Origin: Ramazzottius varieornatus | Taxonomy: Eukaryota > Animalia > Tardigrada | Length of the DNA stretch: 64,000 nt | NCBI GenBank assembly: GCA_001949185.1 | Contig: BDGG01000001.1 | Span: 1,670,263-1,734,262, forward strand | Reading direction: 5' to 3' | Shown: positions 15,900 through 28,261 of the stretch, one piece after another | Position numbering within the stretch: the first letter of the stretch is position 1 | Layout of the letters: each line of letters starts with the position of its first letter | Made by a program: the position numbers and the translations under genes | Notes under the pieces: generated by a model | What the model was told of the DNA's origin: nothing | Database searches by the model: none | The model's input: only the letters and a program-made list of their open reading frames with translations

Positions 15900-17080
15900 G
15901 GTGCGATGCGAACGCCGGTTCAAGATACTCGAAACCGTTCTGAAAGACTTCAAGGAAAACTTCAGCAGAGGAGACATCAGGGCAGTTGCGAAAGTTGCCG
16001 ATAGTTTTTCCGCCTCTGCCTTGGGAACGATAGCGCGGAATGCAGCTCTTCAGAAGCCAGAAAATTCTGAAACCACCACGCGGAGTCCTGATGTTTGGCC
16101 CATCCCGGAACGGAAAAACCTTGTTGGCCAAAGCCTGCGCTTCGCAGACCCATTACAACTTCATAAACGTCAGCGCATCCGCTTTGGTTTCCAAATGGGT
16201 GAGTGTTCCAGCTATCCTTTCCTGTTCGTTTTGGAGGGCGACCCTGGGAACTGGACGGGCTTGATTACGGGCTCGCTTGTCTGTAGGTTGGTGACAGTGA
16301 GAAACTCATCAAGCTGCTGTTCGACTGCGCCAAAGAGAATCAACCAACGATTGGTTTCATTGGTAATGTTTGGTGCGCGTGCAAGATCAGAGCTGGAAAG
16401 AGGGAAGAAACTAACCTTGAAAATTTATAGATGAGATTGATGCGATGCTTTCGCAGCGGACCGCGAAGACACCCGTCGGTTCAAAGACGAGTTCCTCGTC
16501 CATTTCGACCGAATGCTTTGCTCGACAGAAGACCGGGTTCTAATATTAGGGGGTACCAACCTTCCGCAGTGTATCGACTCTGCAGCTTTATACGGTAAAC
16601 CCTTCTTGTGGTAGGCGAAGTGGAAAGACAGTCCTTGACGACTTCCGCCTTCTTCCTCGTAGGCAATTTGACTTGCGCATCTTTATGGGACCTCCCGACT
16701 TGAACACTCGTGTCAAGATTCTTGAAACCATCCTGAAAGATCTCAAGAACAACTTCAACCAGGAAGACATTAGGGCAGTTGCAAAAATTACCGGTAACTT
16801 CTCCGCGTCGGATTTGGGGACGATAGCGCGGAATGCAGCACGGCTTTCTTTGGGAACTGTCACCCAACATCTGACAGCGACCCTCAGTCCCGACGAGGTA
16901 AAACCATATCTCTCTCTCTCGTCTTTGTTTCCAAAAGAAACTTAATCCGAACTGTTTGCTAGATACCTGAAGTCACTGCGGAGCATTTTAGCAAGGTGGT
17001 ACGGGGCCTTACCCGGTCCATGAACGTTGAAGAGATGGAAGCTATGAATGCCTGGGCTAACCGGAACAAACTCGCTTGAT
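15900..17080 (+). pseudogene. Truncated duplicate of the spastin-like AAA ATPase, preceded by a second out-of-order fragment (~15900-16045)
   Basis: Exons and introns are homologous to 30342-31383. Walker A reads GPSRNGKT versus GPTGNGKT, there is a 10-bp frameshifting deletion at ~16462, and exon 1 is absent. Confidence 0.85.
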
Positions 17081-17344
17081 TGACACCGTTGTTGATTTGT
17101 TGCGAATTCATTGCCATATCGCTGATTCAGTTGCTCAGTGCGTACGTCACGGTACTCGTACTGACTGACTGTTTGCAGCTTCGTCCCGCTTACGATACCT
17201 GACTTTACGCTTAGCGATACTGTGTTCTGACCACAACTCGGGAACTGATCCATCCTACTTCCTCGTCCCGTCAGGGAAGCAACAAGTTATCCGCCACAAG
17301 GAACCAGTTCAAGGAAGAGTTTTAACCAGTCGAATACTACATCA

Positions 17345-17710
17345 GAAAGAAGACAAACTCATCTTTAATGCATGGAGGATGGAACTAGAGACTCGCGAAA
17401 TGAGAGAGCGAGCCATGTTTGAATAAACGAGTAATACGGTAAGAATACGAAACAAGAAGACAGCGTGAGGTAAAATTGCTCCTGAGGGAAAAAGGCTGAA
17501 ATAGTTATACAAAAAACAGATTCCACTGGCATTCGTACACACCGTTAATTAAAGTCTCGGATAAAAGTTTCGTACTCAAACCATGCGATAAAACAAGGTA
17601 AGAAAATGTAACACCAAAAAGTACGGACCTCAAAACTCGAAATCGTAGTTGGTGCGAGAGTTGCGCATCATCGAAGTGTGCTGAGTCATCTCCTCCGACG
17701 AATGCTGCCA
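17345..17710 (-). pseudogene. Duplicate of the CPEB1 last codons and 3' UTR
   Basis: Colinear, high-identity match to ~32120-32490. Confidence 0.85.
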
Positions 17711-18294
17711 CTTACGAGGGGACCTCTAGGACTGTCAGATGTCGATTTCGGTTTTGATGCTTTTAAGTGGTAGGTTAGCCTCTTGGCATACTTTGGACAA
17801 GCAGGAAGTCATGCCATAAATCCCTCCCTGAAGCTGGAGAAAATCCCGAAAGCGTGTAGCCCGTATCGCACCACCAAGTTCTCGTATGTCTATTGGTTCC
17901 CCTGTCGTCGGTAACATTGAGTCGTCGGCAGCGAAAATGAAGTAAATGTACTCCCAAACACTACTGCACTTCCAGTTTAGTCGAAGAAAGTTTTCGATTT
18001 TCATCGGCATTTTCGTGAGGTATCTACCACCCCGAAAAGGGCCAATAGTAGATAAAATCGATTGATTAGCGAAATTGGGATTGCCAGCGAATGACTGTTG
18101 AACACGTGGGGCGGAGCTGAGAGGCTGAGAGTACATTCAGTACACGTGTACTCGTTACTCGTGGACTGTCTTTTACTGACTTCCGGTTCTGGACTTTCCG
18201 GTTCTTCTGATGTTGTCCATTGCCCTGGCCCCTGCGACCGATACCGCGACTTCCTTTTCTGTCATTGGTTTATTCCAAAATACAGTACGCCAGG

Positions 18295-19807
18295 ATGGAC
18301 GGGGAGTTGATCAGCGCAGATGAGCTTAGCGACACCTCCACCGAGATCATGAAGTGCTTCCAGACTCTGCACGGCACAGCTGACGAGACCATTTTAAGTC
18401 AACTTGCTTCCGTCGTGCTGAAAATCCACAGTCAAGCCGTCAACATGGCTAATCGTCTCGAAGACAACCAAGACCGCATCAGCCTTCTCCAGCGACAGGT
18501 CGAAGAGTTCGAGAGGAACAACGGCGATCTTCGAACTGCCTTGCGCATCGACAGAGAACAACACGAACAGGTACAAAAAATTCCCCCTTCGAACACTCAT
18601 GTTATACCCTTACAGCTGAGTTCGGTTACAGACCGTCTCAAAGATCGATGCTGACTTCTCGAAAGAACTGGGTGCCTACAAGAAAGAGCTGGAGAAAATG
18701 AAGACAGAAAACAGGAACGTCAAAGCCATGAATGATCGTCTGATGGCCGAAGTCCAAGAATTGGAAGCTGCCTGTCTGCGAAACGAGACCTTGACCAAAG
18801 AGTCCATCGATGAACTAGAGAAGACGAAGAAAGAGCTGGAAGAAACGCAGGATGCTTTGGACGAAGCCAGAAGGTCGGAACGCAAAGCTTTGAAGATCGT
18901 TGTCGATTCCGCCAGTCAAACTTCCGTTGAAGTCACTTTCGGTCTTCTTCCTCCGATGGATCCAGAAGACACTGACGGTAAGCGTAAGGTGGGAGACAGA
19001 AACGAGGGCAAAGGTAGCGGGGATAACAGTGAGTACGAAGATATCGATGAAAGTCAGAACAGCAGTACTTCGGAGGAAGCTGAAGACGACGACGAAGAAG
19101 AAGGCGCGCGAAGACGACGATCTAAATGTCCTTCGGTCGATGAAAAGAAATTCCACAAGTACAGTATTCTGTTTCATTGGCTTTTATACTGGTATACATG
19201 TGTCTTGTCTTGTAGCTCTTCTTGTTTCCGTTTCGGACATCGAGACGTAGATTCGGACGAGACGATCCTTAAACGGGGCATGGAAGAAGGAGAGTCAGGC
19301 ATCGAAGAAGAAGAGCACAGTTTGGAAGAAGAGCTCAGCGCGGTGGGAAAGTCCGAAGTTCAGTTTGACGAAGACTCGAACAAGTCTGATCAGTTAGTGG
19401 AAGGTCAGATGGAAGAAAATAGTGAGGGCGAGCCTAAAGAACCAGACTTCAGTGAGAGTGAGGACGAGACGATCGAGCTCGCTCATGACGCCATCTTGAA
19501 TTCCGTGCATAAACTCGTGGCGATGTCAGACCGAGTAATGGACCATATCGATGACGTTGATGGTCCGACTGAGCTCGAGAAGCTCTTCTCGGGATGTGTG
19601 GCTAAGCGTACTGAGGTGAGGAAAGGTGGGTCTTCGAGCAATGGAGCAGGTAAAGGGAAGAAGAACAGTTTCGTGCAGTGCTGCGGGATGGTCCTGTTTG
19701 TGGCGGGGTTGTACCTCTTGTGTGACTTCCTGTGCGAACGCTACTTAGGCTTTGGAATTTTCCGTCTGACTCGTCGACGTCCTGGGTACACTACGGCCAT
19801 GTTTTGA
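18295..19807 (+). CDS. Coiled-coil, acidic, C-terminally membrane-anchored protein (exons ~18295-18570, 18632-19158, 19216-19807)
   Basis: A phase-0 intron joins the 18220 and 18698 ORFs. The N-half is heptad-rich and the middle is D/E-rich. A hydrophobic segment CCGMVLFVAGLYLLCDFL is followed by a ~23-aa tail. Confidence 0.7.
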
Positions 19808-20379
19808 GCCGCTGAAAGAAAGCCTTCAGTGAAGAATCATTGCTGGAGAAGAAATATTGGATCTTTCCAGACCTTTTGTATTTCGGATTATTGATTTGGA
19901 GCTGGTGATTTTCCTCCACCTGATACAAGGAGCTACGAGTACTGTATGTTTTTACTTCTCCCTGTGGATCTGGTTTTGGCGTTATTTTGTAGTAACTGTG
20001 CGGCTTTAGCAAGTTTTTCGTCTTACTTTTGACAGCTTTTTGTGGCATTACCAGTCTTTCTTTCTGTCTGAACTTGCTATTACTCTCTCGTACTATGTGG
20101 ACTGAAACAACGAAACCATGGTGTCCTGTGCGCTCACCAAACAGGATTACGGAATAAAATATTGATTTATTGTCTTGAAAATGGCGTAAGGCGTAGTTAC
20201 CATGGGGACTAGTGGCGCCATCTATCCCTACGGACCAATAATTGGACAGCCCGTCAACTCGCGCAGACTTTGGGATGACTAGATTCTCCTGGCATCCTAC
20301 TTGCCGTGTGCACTTCCGGTTAAACTTTCTTCTCGAATTAGAAGTTTGTCATGAGTGATGGTGCTCTGATGACTTATAG

Positions 20380-21255
20380 TTGTTGGTGATGTTCCTAGTT
20401 GTCGCCCTTCCTGTTGGCTCCATCTTGTTTCTCCTTTGCTTCCTCATTCACAACAAAATCTGCCCGAATCGCGAGTACGCTCCATATGCCCTTGTTCGCC
20501 GCATCAGACCACTCAAATTTCAAGCACGCGAAAAGTTTGCTCCTGGTGTTCTGCAAGTCCCTGTCGACGCAACACCGGAGAAAGTCGAACTATCCGACCT
20601 CCAAGAACGCGAAAAACTCCGCTCAGTTTTACAAGGCATCCTCGCCGAAGTGGACGAAAACTACCAACTGGTTGATCAACTCGAGATGTTAATAGCCACT
20701 CGTACCGAAGAGCAAGAACATTTGCGAGCCGCCGTACATAAACTCGACACGGAAATCGCCACTGAGGAAGACTACATTGGACTTGCTCTGAAATCACTCC
20801 GCGAACTCGAAGGTTCGGAAGAACATGTTCAACCTGCCGCAGTGGAAGCTGCCCAACCAGCGGAAGTCCCTACAGCTGGAGATGGCGTACTGATGCAGTT
20901 GACTAGAAGACTACAGCATGCTGGCGGACAGCTGGAGAGGATACTGGGCCATACGGAGGGCAACACAACCACGATGAACGCCTTAGCCGAGAAGTACTCG
21001 CTACTACTGGAAGACACCACGGGATTGCAGGCTTTGCGGGACCAAAGCAGCCAGCTGGACTTCGAAACGAGACTGTTGGAGAGAACGGCGGTTATTTACC
21101 ATGCGGAAGAGGAAATGACGACGAAAGATAGACCGAATAAAGTCGGTCTGCGGCGCATTGTGGATATTTTCAAGAACCGGAAGTCGAGAGCGAGGAACAA
21201 GGTCTCGTCTTTTTCATTTCGCAATAAAAATCTCGGTTCCGACCTACTTTCCTAG
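20380..21255 (+). CDS. N-terminal TM plus coiled-coil hypothetical protein
   Basis: 291-codon ORF with a hydrophobic N-terminus and E/L-rich helical body. There is a possible splice acceptor at 20379. Confidence 0.6.
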   Translation: MLVMFLVVALPVGSILFLLCFLIHNKICPNREYAPYALVRRIRPLKFQAREKFAPGVLQVPVDATPEKVELSDLQEREKLRSVLQGILAEVDENYQLVDQLEMLIATRTEEQEHLRAAVHKLDTEIATEEDYIGLALKSLRELEGSEEHVQPAAVEAAQPAEVPTAGDGVLMQLTRRLQHAGGQLERILGHTEGNTTTMNALAEKYSLLLEDTTGLQALRDQSSQLDFETRLLERTAVIYHAEEEMTTKDRPNKVGLRRIVDIFKNRKSRARNKVSSFSFRNKNLGSDLLS

Positions 21256-21340
21256 GATCAATCTCACAACTACGTTTCTGAAACCTTCCTACTCTAAAGT
21301 AGAACGTCGGCAAACGACTTTATCAGCATCGTGAGATGCA

Positions 21341-21383
21341 GTGGCGCACGTTTTCATTCGTTTTAGCGACAAGCGTGCGCCAC
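21341..21383. repeat. Same palindrome (between convergent gene ends; 25-nt spacer)
   Basis: Both cores are perfect. Confidence 0.85.
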
Positions 21384-21475
21384 TTGGGGAAAGGTTCCTG
21401 TTCAAGTCATTTACTGGCGTCCCAAATATTTTCAAACAATCTTTTTATCGGATACAGTTGTGGGCTCGTCGTATT

Positions 21476-24400
21476 TCATTTGACAGTCGGTTTGATATTC
21501 TGTGGACGAACACTAATAGTTTTCTGGTCGACATTATCAGCCAGCTGTGTGTTTTTGATGGTACGTCTGTTGAACAAGCCGTAAGTGTCTTCGTTGAACT
21601 CGTCGTCCCACCATTCCTTCTCGACTGGCTGCCCGATGTTATCCACTTGGATGGCGCCGTTCTGCAGATCCCTGTCGTAGCTGGGTCGGTCACGTCGCAG
21701 GTGAGTGGGGTCCCGGTATTCCCTCTTGATCTGCATGGGTACCTCACGCAGGTCGCTCTCTGGCTCTTCCGGCGGCGGTACATCCCCGTCGAGATCGGGG
21801 TCGTAGGGTGGACGTTGCAGCACCGCTGGTAGCTTGCTTCGGTCTTCTTCCAGGTTGGCTGGGCTGGGTGGTACGGGTGGAATGTCCATGATTCGCATCT
21901 TGGCTTTCTTGGCATTTTGCACCTGAAATAAGAATACAGCATGAAAATTCAGTGGGTACAAACGTCATTCTGGCAAAAGCTATAAACTTCGTAGAGATTC
22001 AGTGGCATGTAAGCCGCATTATATCCTTTGAAAGTGTACGTTCAAGATCAGAAACAACGAAACGAAATAATCAAAGCAGAGTGGCAAACTGAAGTGGTCT
22101 TCAGTGATTTTTTCGCTAAATTCAGGGTTGAACGAAGCACATATCGATGTAATTCATTTGAATAGATTAGAGTAGAATAGTTCACCTGGCATTTGAGTTT
22201 GTCTGCTTCGGCTTTGGCTTCCGGTACAAGTCGTTTTGTAATCATCTCCCTCTTGGTTCTCTCAATTGCCTTTCTCTCCTCTGACCTCAAGGGGAAGTAC
22301 ACGTCTTCAAAGTTGTAGTTGTCGCTCATGTTGGCCATAGCCAAGTAGCGCAGGTTCCTCAAGGTTCCGGCAGCCTTCTGAGCTTTCTGGACATCGCTCT
22401 CCATCAAGTATCCCAGCAGTCGCCGAACCACGGCGTCCGAGTGGATCTGTATAATGTTCTGTGGGTACTTTGTCAAATCGTTCAAAGCCGTCAGCGCGTT
22501 CATCTCAACCTCGGCATCACGATGCCATAAGAGCCGCGCCACTTGAGACAGGACACCTTCACAGGTGCTAAAGTTGATACGGTTGATGGCGTATTCGCTA
22601 CCCTTGGCCATAGCCTCCGTCACGAACCGAAGTATACGTACATCCCTGGAGAGAATAACCGCAATGAGAAATTTACACATCAAAGTACGGTGGAAGATCC
22701 AGTGAGGCGATAACTTTCTCAAGTGGCGCACGCTGTGAGCCTATAAGACTGAAGCGTGCGCTACTTGGTAAAACAACTCTGTCGGTAAGATCGTTTTCCT
22801 AAGTGGCGCAGGCTTTCGGGCGGTAACGCTGAAAGTGTGCGCCATGTGGGAAAAGATTCTTGTTCGAGTTCGTCTGTCGAGTTGTCCAGCTCGGTTCTTT
22901 CGAAAGAAACGCTTCTCGAGCTTGTGCCGAGCACGGCTCCGACAGACAGTAACTCGTAGAAAAAAAGGCAGAAATAACAGGCGCTGAATAACCATCCACG
23001 ACTGGTGGGTAATCGTCTTACTTGGACTTTATGTGGCGTGAAACGGCCGGACAGAATCCAACGTCGGACATCATGGCAAGGAGATCGTCGTCTTGGGTCA
23101 GAAGACATACCAAGTGAAGGACCGCGTCGTTCACACGGTTGTCGTTGCTGTCGAGAAGGCGGAAGAGTGGAGCGAATGGGTTGATGATGGTTCGAATAAC
23201 CCGAGCTGTTTCTTTCGGGTTCGCAACGTAGAGTGGGTAGATGGCGAGGCAGGCATGGACACCCACCAGTGGATGGTAGACCGTGCTCATCAAGTTCCAG
23301 ATATGAAGCACACCATCATTCTCCATAATCTTCAAATAACCTACAGCAGAACCGAATGAATGCCAAACAAACCTGACCAGATCGTTTTCCCAAGTGGCGC
23401 ACGCTCCCAGCTGGTGTCACCAGAACGGTGCGCCACTTTCATTCCCGACAGCGACCCGATCGTTTTCTCCAAGTGGCGCATTTTCACTGTAATATTGGCC
23501 AGAAGCGTGTACGTGTCGCTCGAAAACGATCTGGTCGAGTTTGTTCGCCGCGCTCCCAGCTGCTTGTGGACGTACTGTCTTTATCGGCGCCCATTCGCCC
23601 AGTTGCAACCGCGGCCTTCATCTTGATAAACTGATTATCGTGGAGCATGTAGTCCATGATGAACAGTAACGAGTCAGTGCCTCGTATGGACTGTCGACAG
23701 GCTTCGACCCTCGTCATCTCTGCCAAGAAGCCGAGAATGTTATACGCGATACTCTCCCCCACACCCCCGTACAGCCGCTGCAGGACCAGCTTGATGGCTC
23801 CATGGCTCTTGTAAATCTCGCAGTTGGCTGGGGAGATGGCAGTCTTGTGCAGTGCGTCGGTGACCATCTGCATGAGGCCTTGGTTGTCGCGGGAGGCCTC
23901 GGACTGTAGGGTCTTGAGGACGGGTTCCAGACCTTTCTTTCGACGGATGATGTCGCGGGCTTCTTCACAGTCGCTGACCAGGGAGAAGAGTAGGCAGACG
24001 TTCTGGTAAACGTCTTCGTTGCTGGTGTGTCGCAAAATCTTGCAAGCTACCGCCAGTGAGCCGGAAGTGCACAGAACGTGGTGGTACTCGCTCTCGTAAG
24101 CCATCTCTACCAAGAAGATATTAAACTCAATATTTCAAAACATTGTGGTTTTACAAAAGACGTGTGGTTTTACGTATAGGTGAAATCGCTTTACACTTGT
24201 CGCACTCAACAGTCTACAGAGTTCTCTGGCCAGGATAGTCTTGTTTTTATCTACACGGCTCGATAATTTTGTTTTCACTGGCAACTGCTTACGATCTTGA
24301 CGCGAATACCATCAACAACGACTAATTTTTAAGAATTCCCCAACAAACAGAAAACAATCTCATACCTGAGAGGATACCGATGACAGGTATGGACACATAA

Positions 24401-27400
24401 TCCGGCGCCAGTCCATCTTGCAGCAGACACTTACACACCTCAATGCCCTTCAGCTGAGCAAAGTCGTACCTATTCCTCCTTTCCCTCACCGCCAGCCACA
24501 CAGCACTGGCAGCTTGTGCAGCCGACACCACCAGCACCTCTTCCGGCCATTTTCTCTTATGTTTCTTATAGTAATTATAAAACCAGTACGTGTCCGCACT
24601 GGCGTCCTGCGGGCTCCTCATCACGCCAATCAGCGCCCTCAAGCCATCCTCCCTTCCTACCACCAGCCGGTTCTCCGGTACGATTTCTTGCAGCTGCGTC
24701 AGACAGACCGCGGCGGCTGTCTGCACTTCTACGAAGCGGGACTTGAGAGCTTTGATGATGGCGCGGATACCTTCGAAGAAGCTGATCTGGCGGAGAGTGA
24801 ACTTGCAGCGGGACAGACGGGTCAGGAGCTCGAGGACTTCGAACTTTTGTCGACCGTAAGGTTTCCCGCTCACTTCGCACATGTTCAGCGCCACTTCAAC
24901 CACGGGGAACTGATGGTAGACTGGAGCGTTGATCTCGCGGTAAAAGTTGAAGGTGTCGTCGATCATCACTGCAACGATACAAATGGCAGTCCATTTCTCC
25001 CACGATCAAGTAACGCGCTTTCTGAAGTCAACCGGTGATGAACCAAAGTCTTAAAAATTCATGTGGACAGAATCATATCCAGAATGTAGACTAGACTAAA
25101 TTTTCAAATACGTTATTCAAAAAGCGAAGTTAATCAAACTACTGTAAATTCGATCTGAAAACTTTAATTTAGACGGGAAGGCCAGCGAACGGGAAGGCCG
25201 GCAATGAGCAAGAGCACTATCTTGATTGGCGCATCCTTCCGGCCATTAACAACAGAAACGTGCGCCACTTGAGACAACGATCCTGTACGTTTCGTTGCCT
25301 CTCGATCAATTTGATATACTTTGGATTTATTCTGTCACGAGAAATCGTAACAGAAATACTGAAATACTGTCAGCGGAGATCCGCCCGGAGAAACAGTTTG
25401 CTTTGCAAAGTACTGCTTTCTTGATTACCTCACGTACATGCAGCCGCCGTGACGCTGGCCGGGCACCCCCATCGAAGCATCCTGTGTATCCGGAAAACCG
25501 TCCAGTAAATCGGGTTCTTCTTCGCTTCGTCAGCATATGCCGGCACAAGCCCCAACATCAGTTTAGTCTTCGGGTCGTAGGGGAAGTCCTCTGGGTAGAT
25601 GTCTGGCTCGTTCGGCTTCAGCTGTGCCAACGACAGTTGCTTGCTCTCCTGCAGTTCCATCGGTTCGTTACCCATCTGCTTCCGAGACATAAACTGCAAA
25701 CGCTTCTCTTCCTCGTTGTGGGGGTTGGTCAGTGCTTTGGGAGGGAAAAGTTCGTCTTTGCGGGCGGCAGTCTTGTAGAGCATTTTGTTGGCGGCATGCT
25801 GGTACTTGTCGACTTGACGCAGTCTCGTCCAGAAGCCGGCTTTGCGGTGGATGATCGGGTTGGATTGGAGGTGGTCTTTGAAGAGAAACTTTTGATTCTT
25901 GTCCATCGTCACGTACCTACCAAACAACCCGCCATTATTTTTCATCGTTACGTTGAAGACATTTTATTCGGGAAGATTATTTTTCAAGACAAACTTGCGA
26001 GGAGCTACCACGGTGCGGACTAGCTTCATCTGTTCATTCGTCACGTTTTCTCGTAGAATCTCCTGGTTTGTTGTATACCGGAAAGACCTGCGAAATATAC
26101 GTAAGGTTAACAGTGAAAACATGCGCGACAAGAAAGAATCGTGGAAAATTTCAAGTGGAAATGTAACGTAAGTACGAAGCTATCAGCCACAGAAAACCGA
26201 AGAAATGACATTGTACTTCCCTGCCCGGCCTTAAAAAAGTATTCGAAAAACAAACCGGTCTGGGGAATTTTTTTTCTTACGCTCGGGTGAAGTGCTCCTT
26301 GAAATACTGGTCATGGTGGCTCAACCAGGCCACGATGGTGGGGATATTTGTGTCGGGTGGAGTGCCAAAATCGTCGGCGTCTTGAAGTAACCCATTGCGG
26401 TAGATGCCGGTAACGTTGATGGTCAAGCAGTAGTCCGTGTCGTCATGGGTAGTGACCACGACGTAAGCCACATCACCAAAGACTTGCCGATGCAGCGGTG
26501 CACACCAGCCCCAGTCGGCGGACTCTCGCAAGAAGCGCGCACCCTTCAGTGGCGCGTCCTCCTCGAACCCGGCCATCTCTTCCAACATGTTCACCTCGCG
26601 GTAAGGCAAGTTTGGGTCCAGATACGACTTGTCGTCAAAGTTCATGAACATTCGACGATAGAGGTAGAAGAGGTCAAACTGTTGGAGGAGCATGTAGAGG
26701 CGCTGGTGGGACCGAGGCTCCAGTTCCTCGTTCTCCATATCGAACAATACCTCTAAAACCAACAAGAATATCAGCCTGATAGGTAAAGTATCAGGAAACT
26801 ATCGTAGCAAGTGGATTTTGTGATGACAATGGCTGGCTTAAAATTGAATACTACTAGCAAGTGGTCCTGACCACTGGAAAGGCCGAGCGCGCGCGAGGAA
26901 CAAGTAGCCGTAGCACATTTTTACAAATGTCCGTCGCCCAGGTCAACTGACCCACGGTTCTACACTCTGATGACTTTTGGTTATGCCACTAGCCCATAAA
27001 GTCGTGGCGGTCTTCTGACTCGTGTCCGCGAACCGCCACGACGGACTGCGTACTAAAACGACGGCGAACAAAAATTTCCACGTGCCCGGATCAACTGGCG
27101 CGCCGTTTTTCATCATTGTGTTTGCGATATCTAAAAGCTTTATCGTTTTCCTCCTCCATTGAGTTTTGACAGGCTTAAAAGGGCCTCGCTTTGCTCGGCC
27201 TCATAAATGGAACCTACTATAGGACGTTCTGTAAAGTTCAGAAGAACTGTGGGAGTCGCCCAATTTTTTTTTCTCATGAAGGATGAACTTTACACTTTTC
27301 CACCTACACCAAGCACGCATATAACATATGCATATATTATTGAGTTTTATCCCACAGTGGACTTGGATGACTTTTGACTTACTGCTGACAGCTTCCAGCA

Positions 27401-27902
27401 TGTCTTCGTCAGGTATGTCCGATACATCGTACCGCTTGCCGAATATGCGACTGACGGGATCAGGATGGAAGTACAGGACACTGGCAATCTCCATATCCCA
27501 TGTCTTCTTCGTCAGCGAGATGACAATGGCCAACTGGCGCATATTGCGCACCGTAAAGCGCCGCCTGTCTTGATCATCATGATCGAACTCTAGATGGTAC
27601 GAACCGTCCTCGTACTTCTCCTGGCTGTAAAAGCCCTCGGGAGCCCGGTTGACATATCCGTACACTTTGGACGAATCCCATAAGGAAGTATACCGGTAAG
27701 CAAGCAAATCTTCCTCGTACACCAAAGTATTCCAGATGAGCGGCTCGGAGAACTGTAGTACAGATTCGTCAGGAAAGTCAGTGGGGAAGCCGGTAACAAA
27801 ATCAGCGACGATCTCGTAAAATTCATTGATGAAGGGCGGATCGACAAAATAGCGCTTCTCTTCGGGAACTACTGCCCATAAACGGGCGTAAGTATTGCCC
27901 AT
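21476..27902 (-). CDS. ODAD2: ARMC4/ODAD2-like armadillo-repeat outer dynein arm docking protein (divergent, multi-exon)
   Basis: N-terminal WCAPLHRQVFGDVAYVVVTTHDDTDYCLTINVTGIYRNG and the C-terminal ARM series DGVLHIWNLM...LAMMSDVG...NRINF...QKAAGTLRNLRYLA follow the ARMC4 pattern as I recall it. Starts with Met-Gly. Exons lie in ORFs 27201, 26277, 25430, 24322, 23484, 23018, 22048 and 21476. Confidence 0.8.
22723..22845. repeat. Palindrome dimer (ODAD2-like intron; 24- and 25-nt spacers)
   Basis: Units 22723-22764 and 22803-22845. Confidence 0.85.
23394..23515. repeat. Palindrome dimer (ODAD2-like intron; 25-nt spacers)
   Basis: Units 23394-23436 and 23473-23515 (last core degenerate). 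The outer arm AAACAAACCTGACCAGATCGTTTTCCCAA is well preserved. Confidence 0.85.
25226..25268. repeat. Same palindrome (ODAD2-like intron; 25-nt spacer)
   Basis: TTGGCGCAT ... GTGCGCCAC. Confidence 0.8.
26853..27209 (-). mobile_element. Non-autonomous Helentron/Helitron2-like element, copy 2 (ODAD2-like intron)
   Basis: Same AGGCCGAGC/GCTCGGCCT repeats (26880-26888, 27193-27201), terminal hairpin and CTAG end as 8588-8792, with a longer interior. Confidence 0.65.
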
Positions 27903-28261
27903 TCAAATGAAAACACCGCGGACTCTACAACGAATCAATCCGAGCCGCAAAGCTCGAATCAATCAATCGAACATCAAGCAGAAGCTGCAGATGGACAGAC
28001 AGCTTACAAGCAACATCACTTGGTAACGCTAGAATATAACTATTCGGCCATACACCAGCTAGCTATGCTAATCTTTCTTGACGCTTCCGTTTACGCTCAA
28101 CAAACAGAACAAGGTCCACTTCTTGCAAACCGTCAGCATGGAGAAATTGTAGAAGAAAGTTGCTATCCGCCTTTTCAGTATTCGCGACCCACAATGCATT
28201 TCACACAAACGTCCACAGCGCGTACGGACCAAAAACAGAAGAGGTCTGATCGTTCGATTTT

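Noticed and set aside
20209-20225. CTCF-like motif TAGTGGCGCCATCTA, and resemblance of CAAGTGGCGC to the CTCF core
   Set aside because: Only half of the CTCF consensus matches, so it cannot be supported without PWM scoring or ChIP data.
22534-22550. Half-site GCGCCACTTGAGA matching the palindrome arm
   Set aside because: It lies in an ODAD2-like coding exon (LSQVAR) with no partner arm, so it is probably coincidental.
24418-26023. Long plus-strand ORFs (24418-25038, 25295-26023) and similar antisense ORFs elsewhere
   Set aside because: Shadow frames opposite real exons, with no independent coding features.
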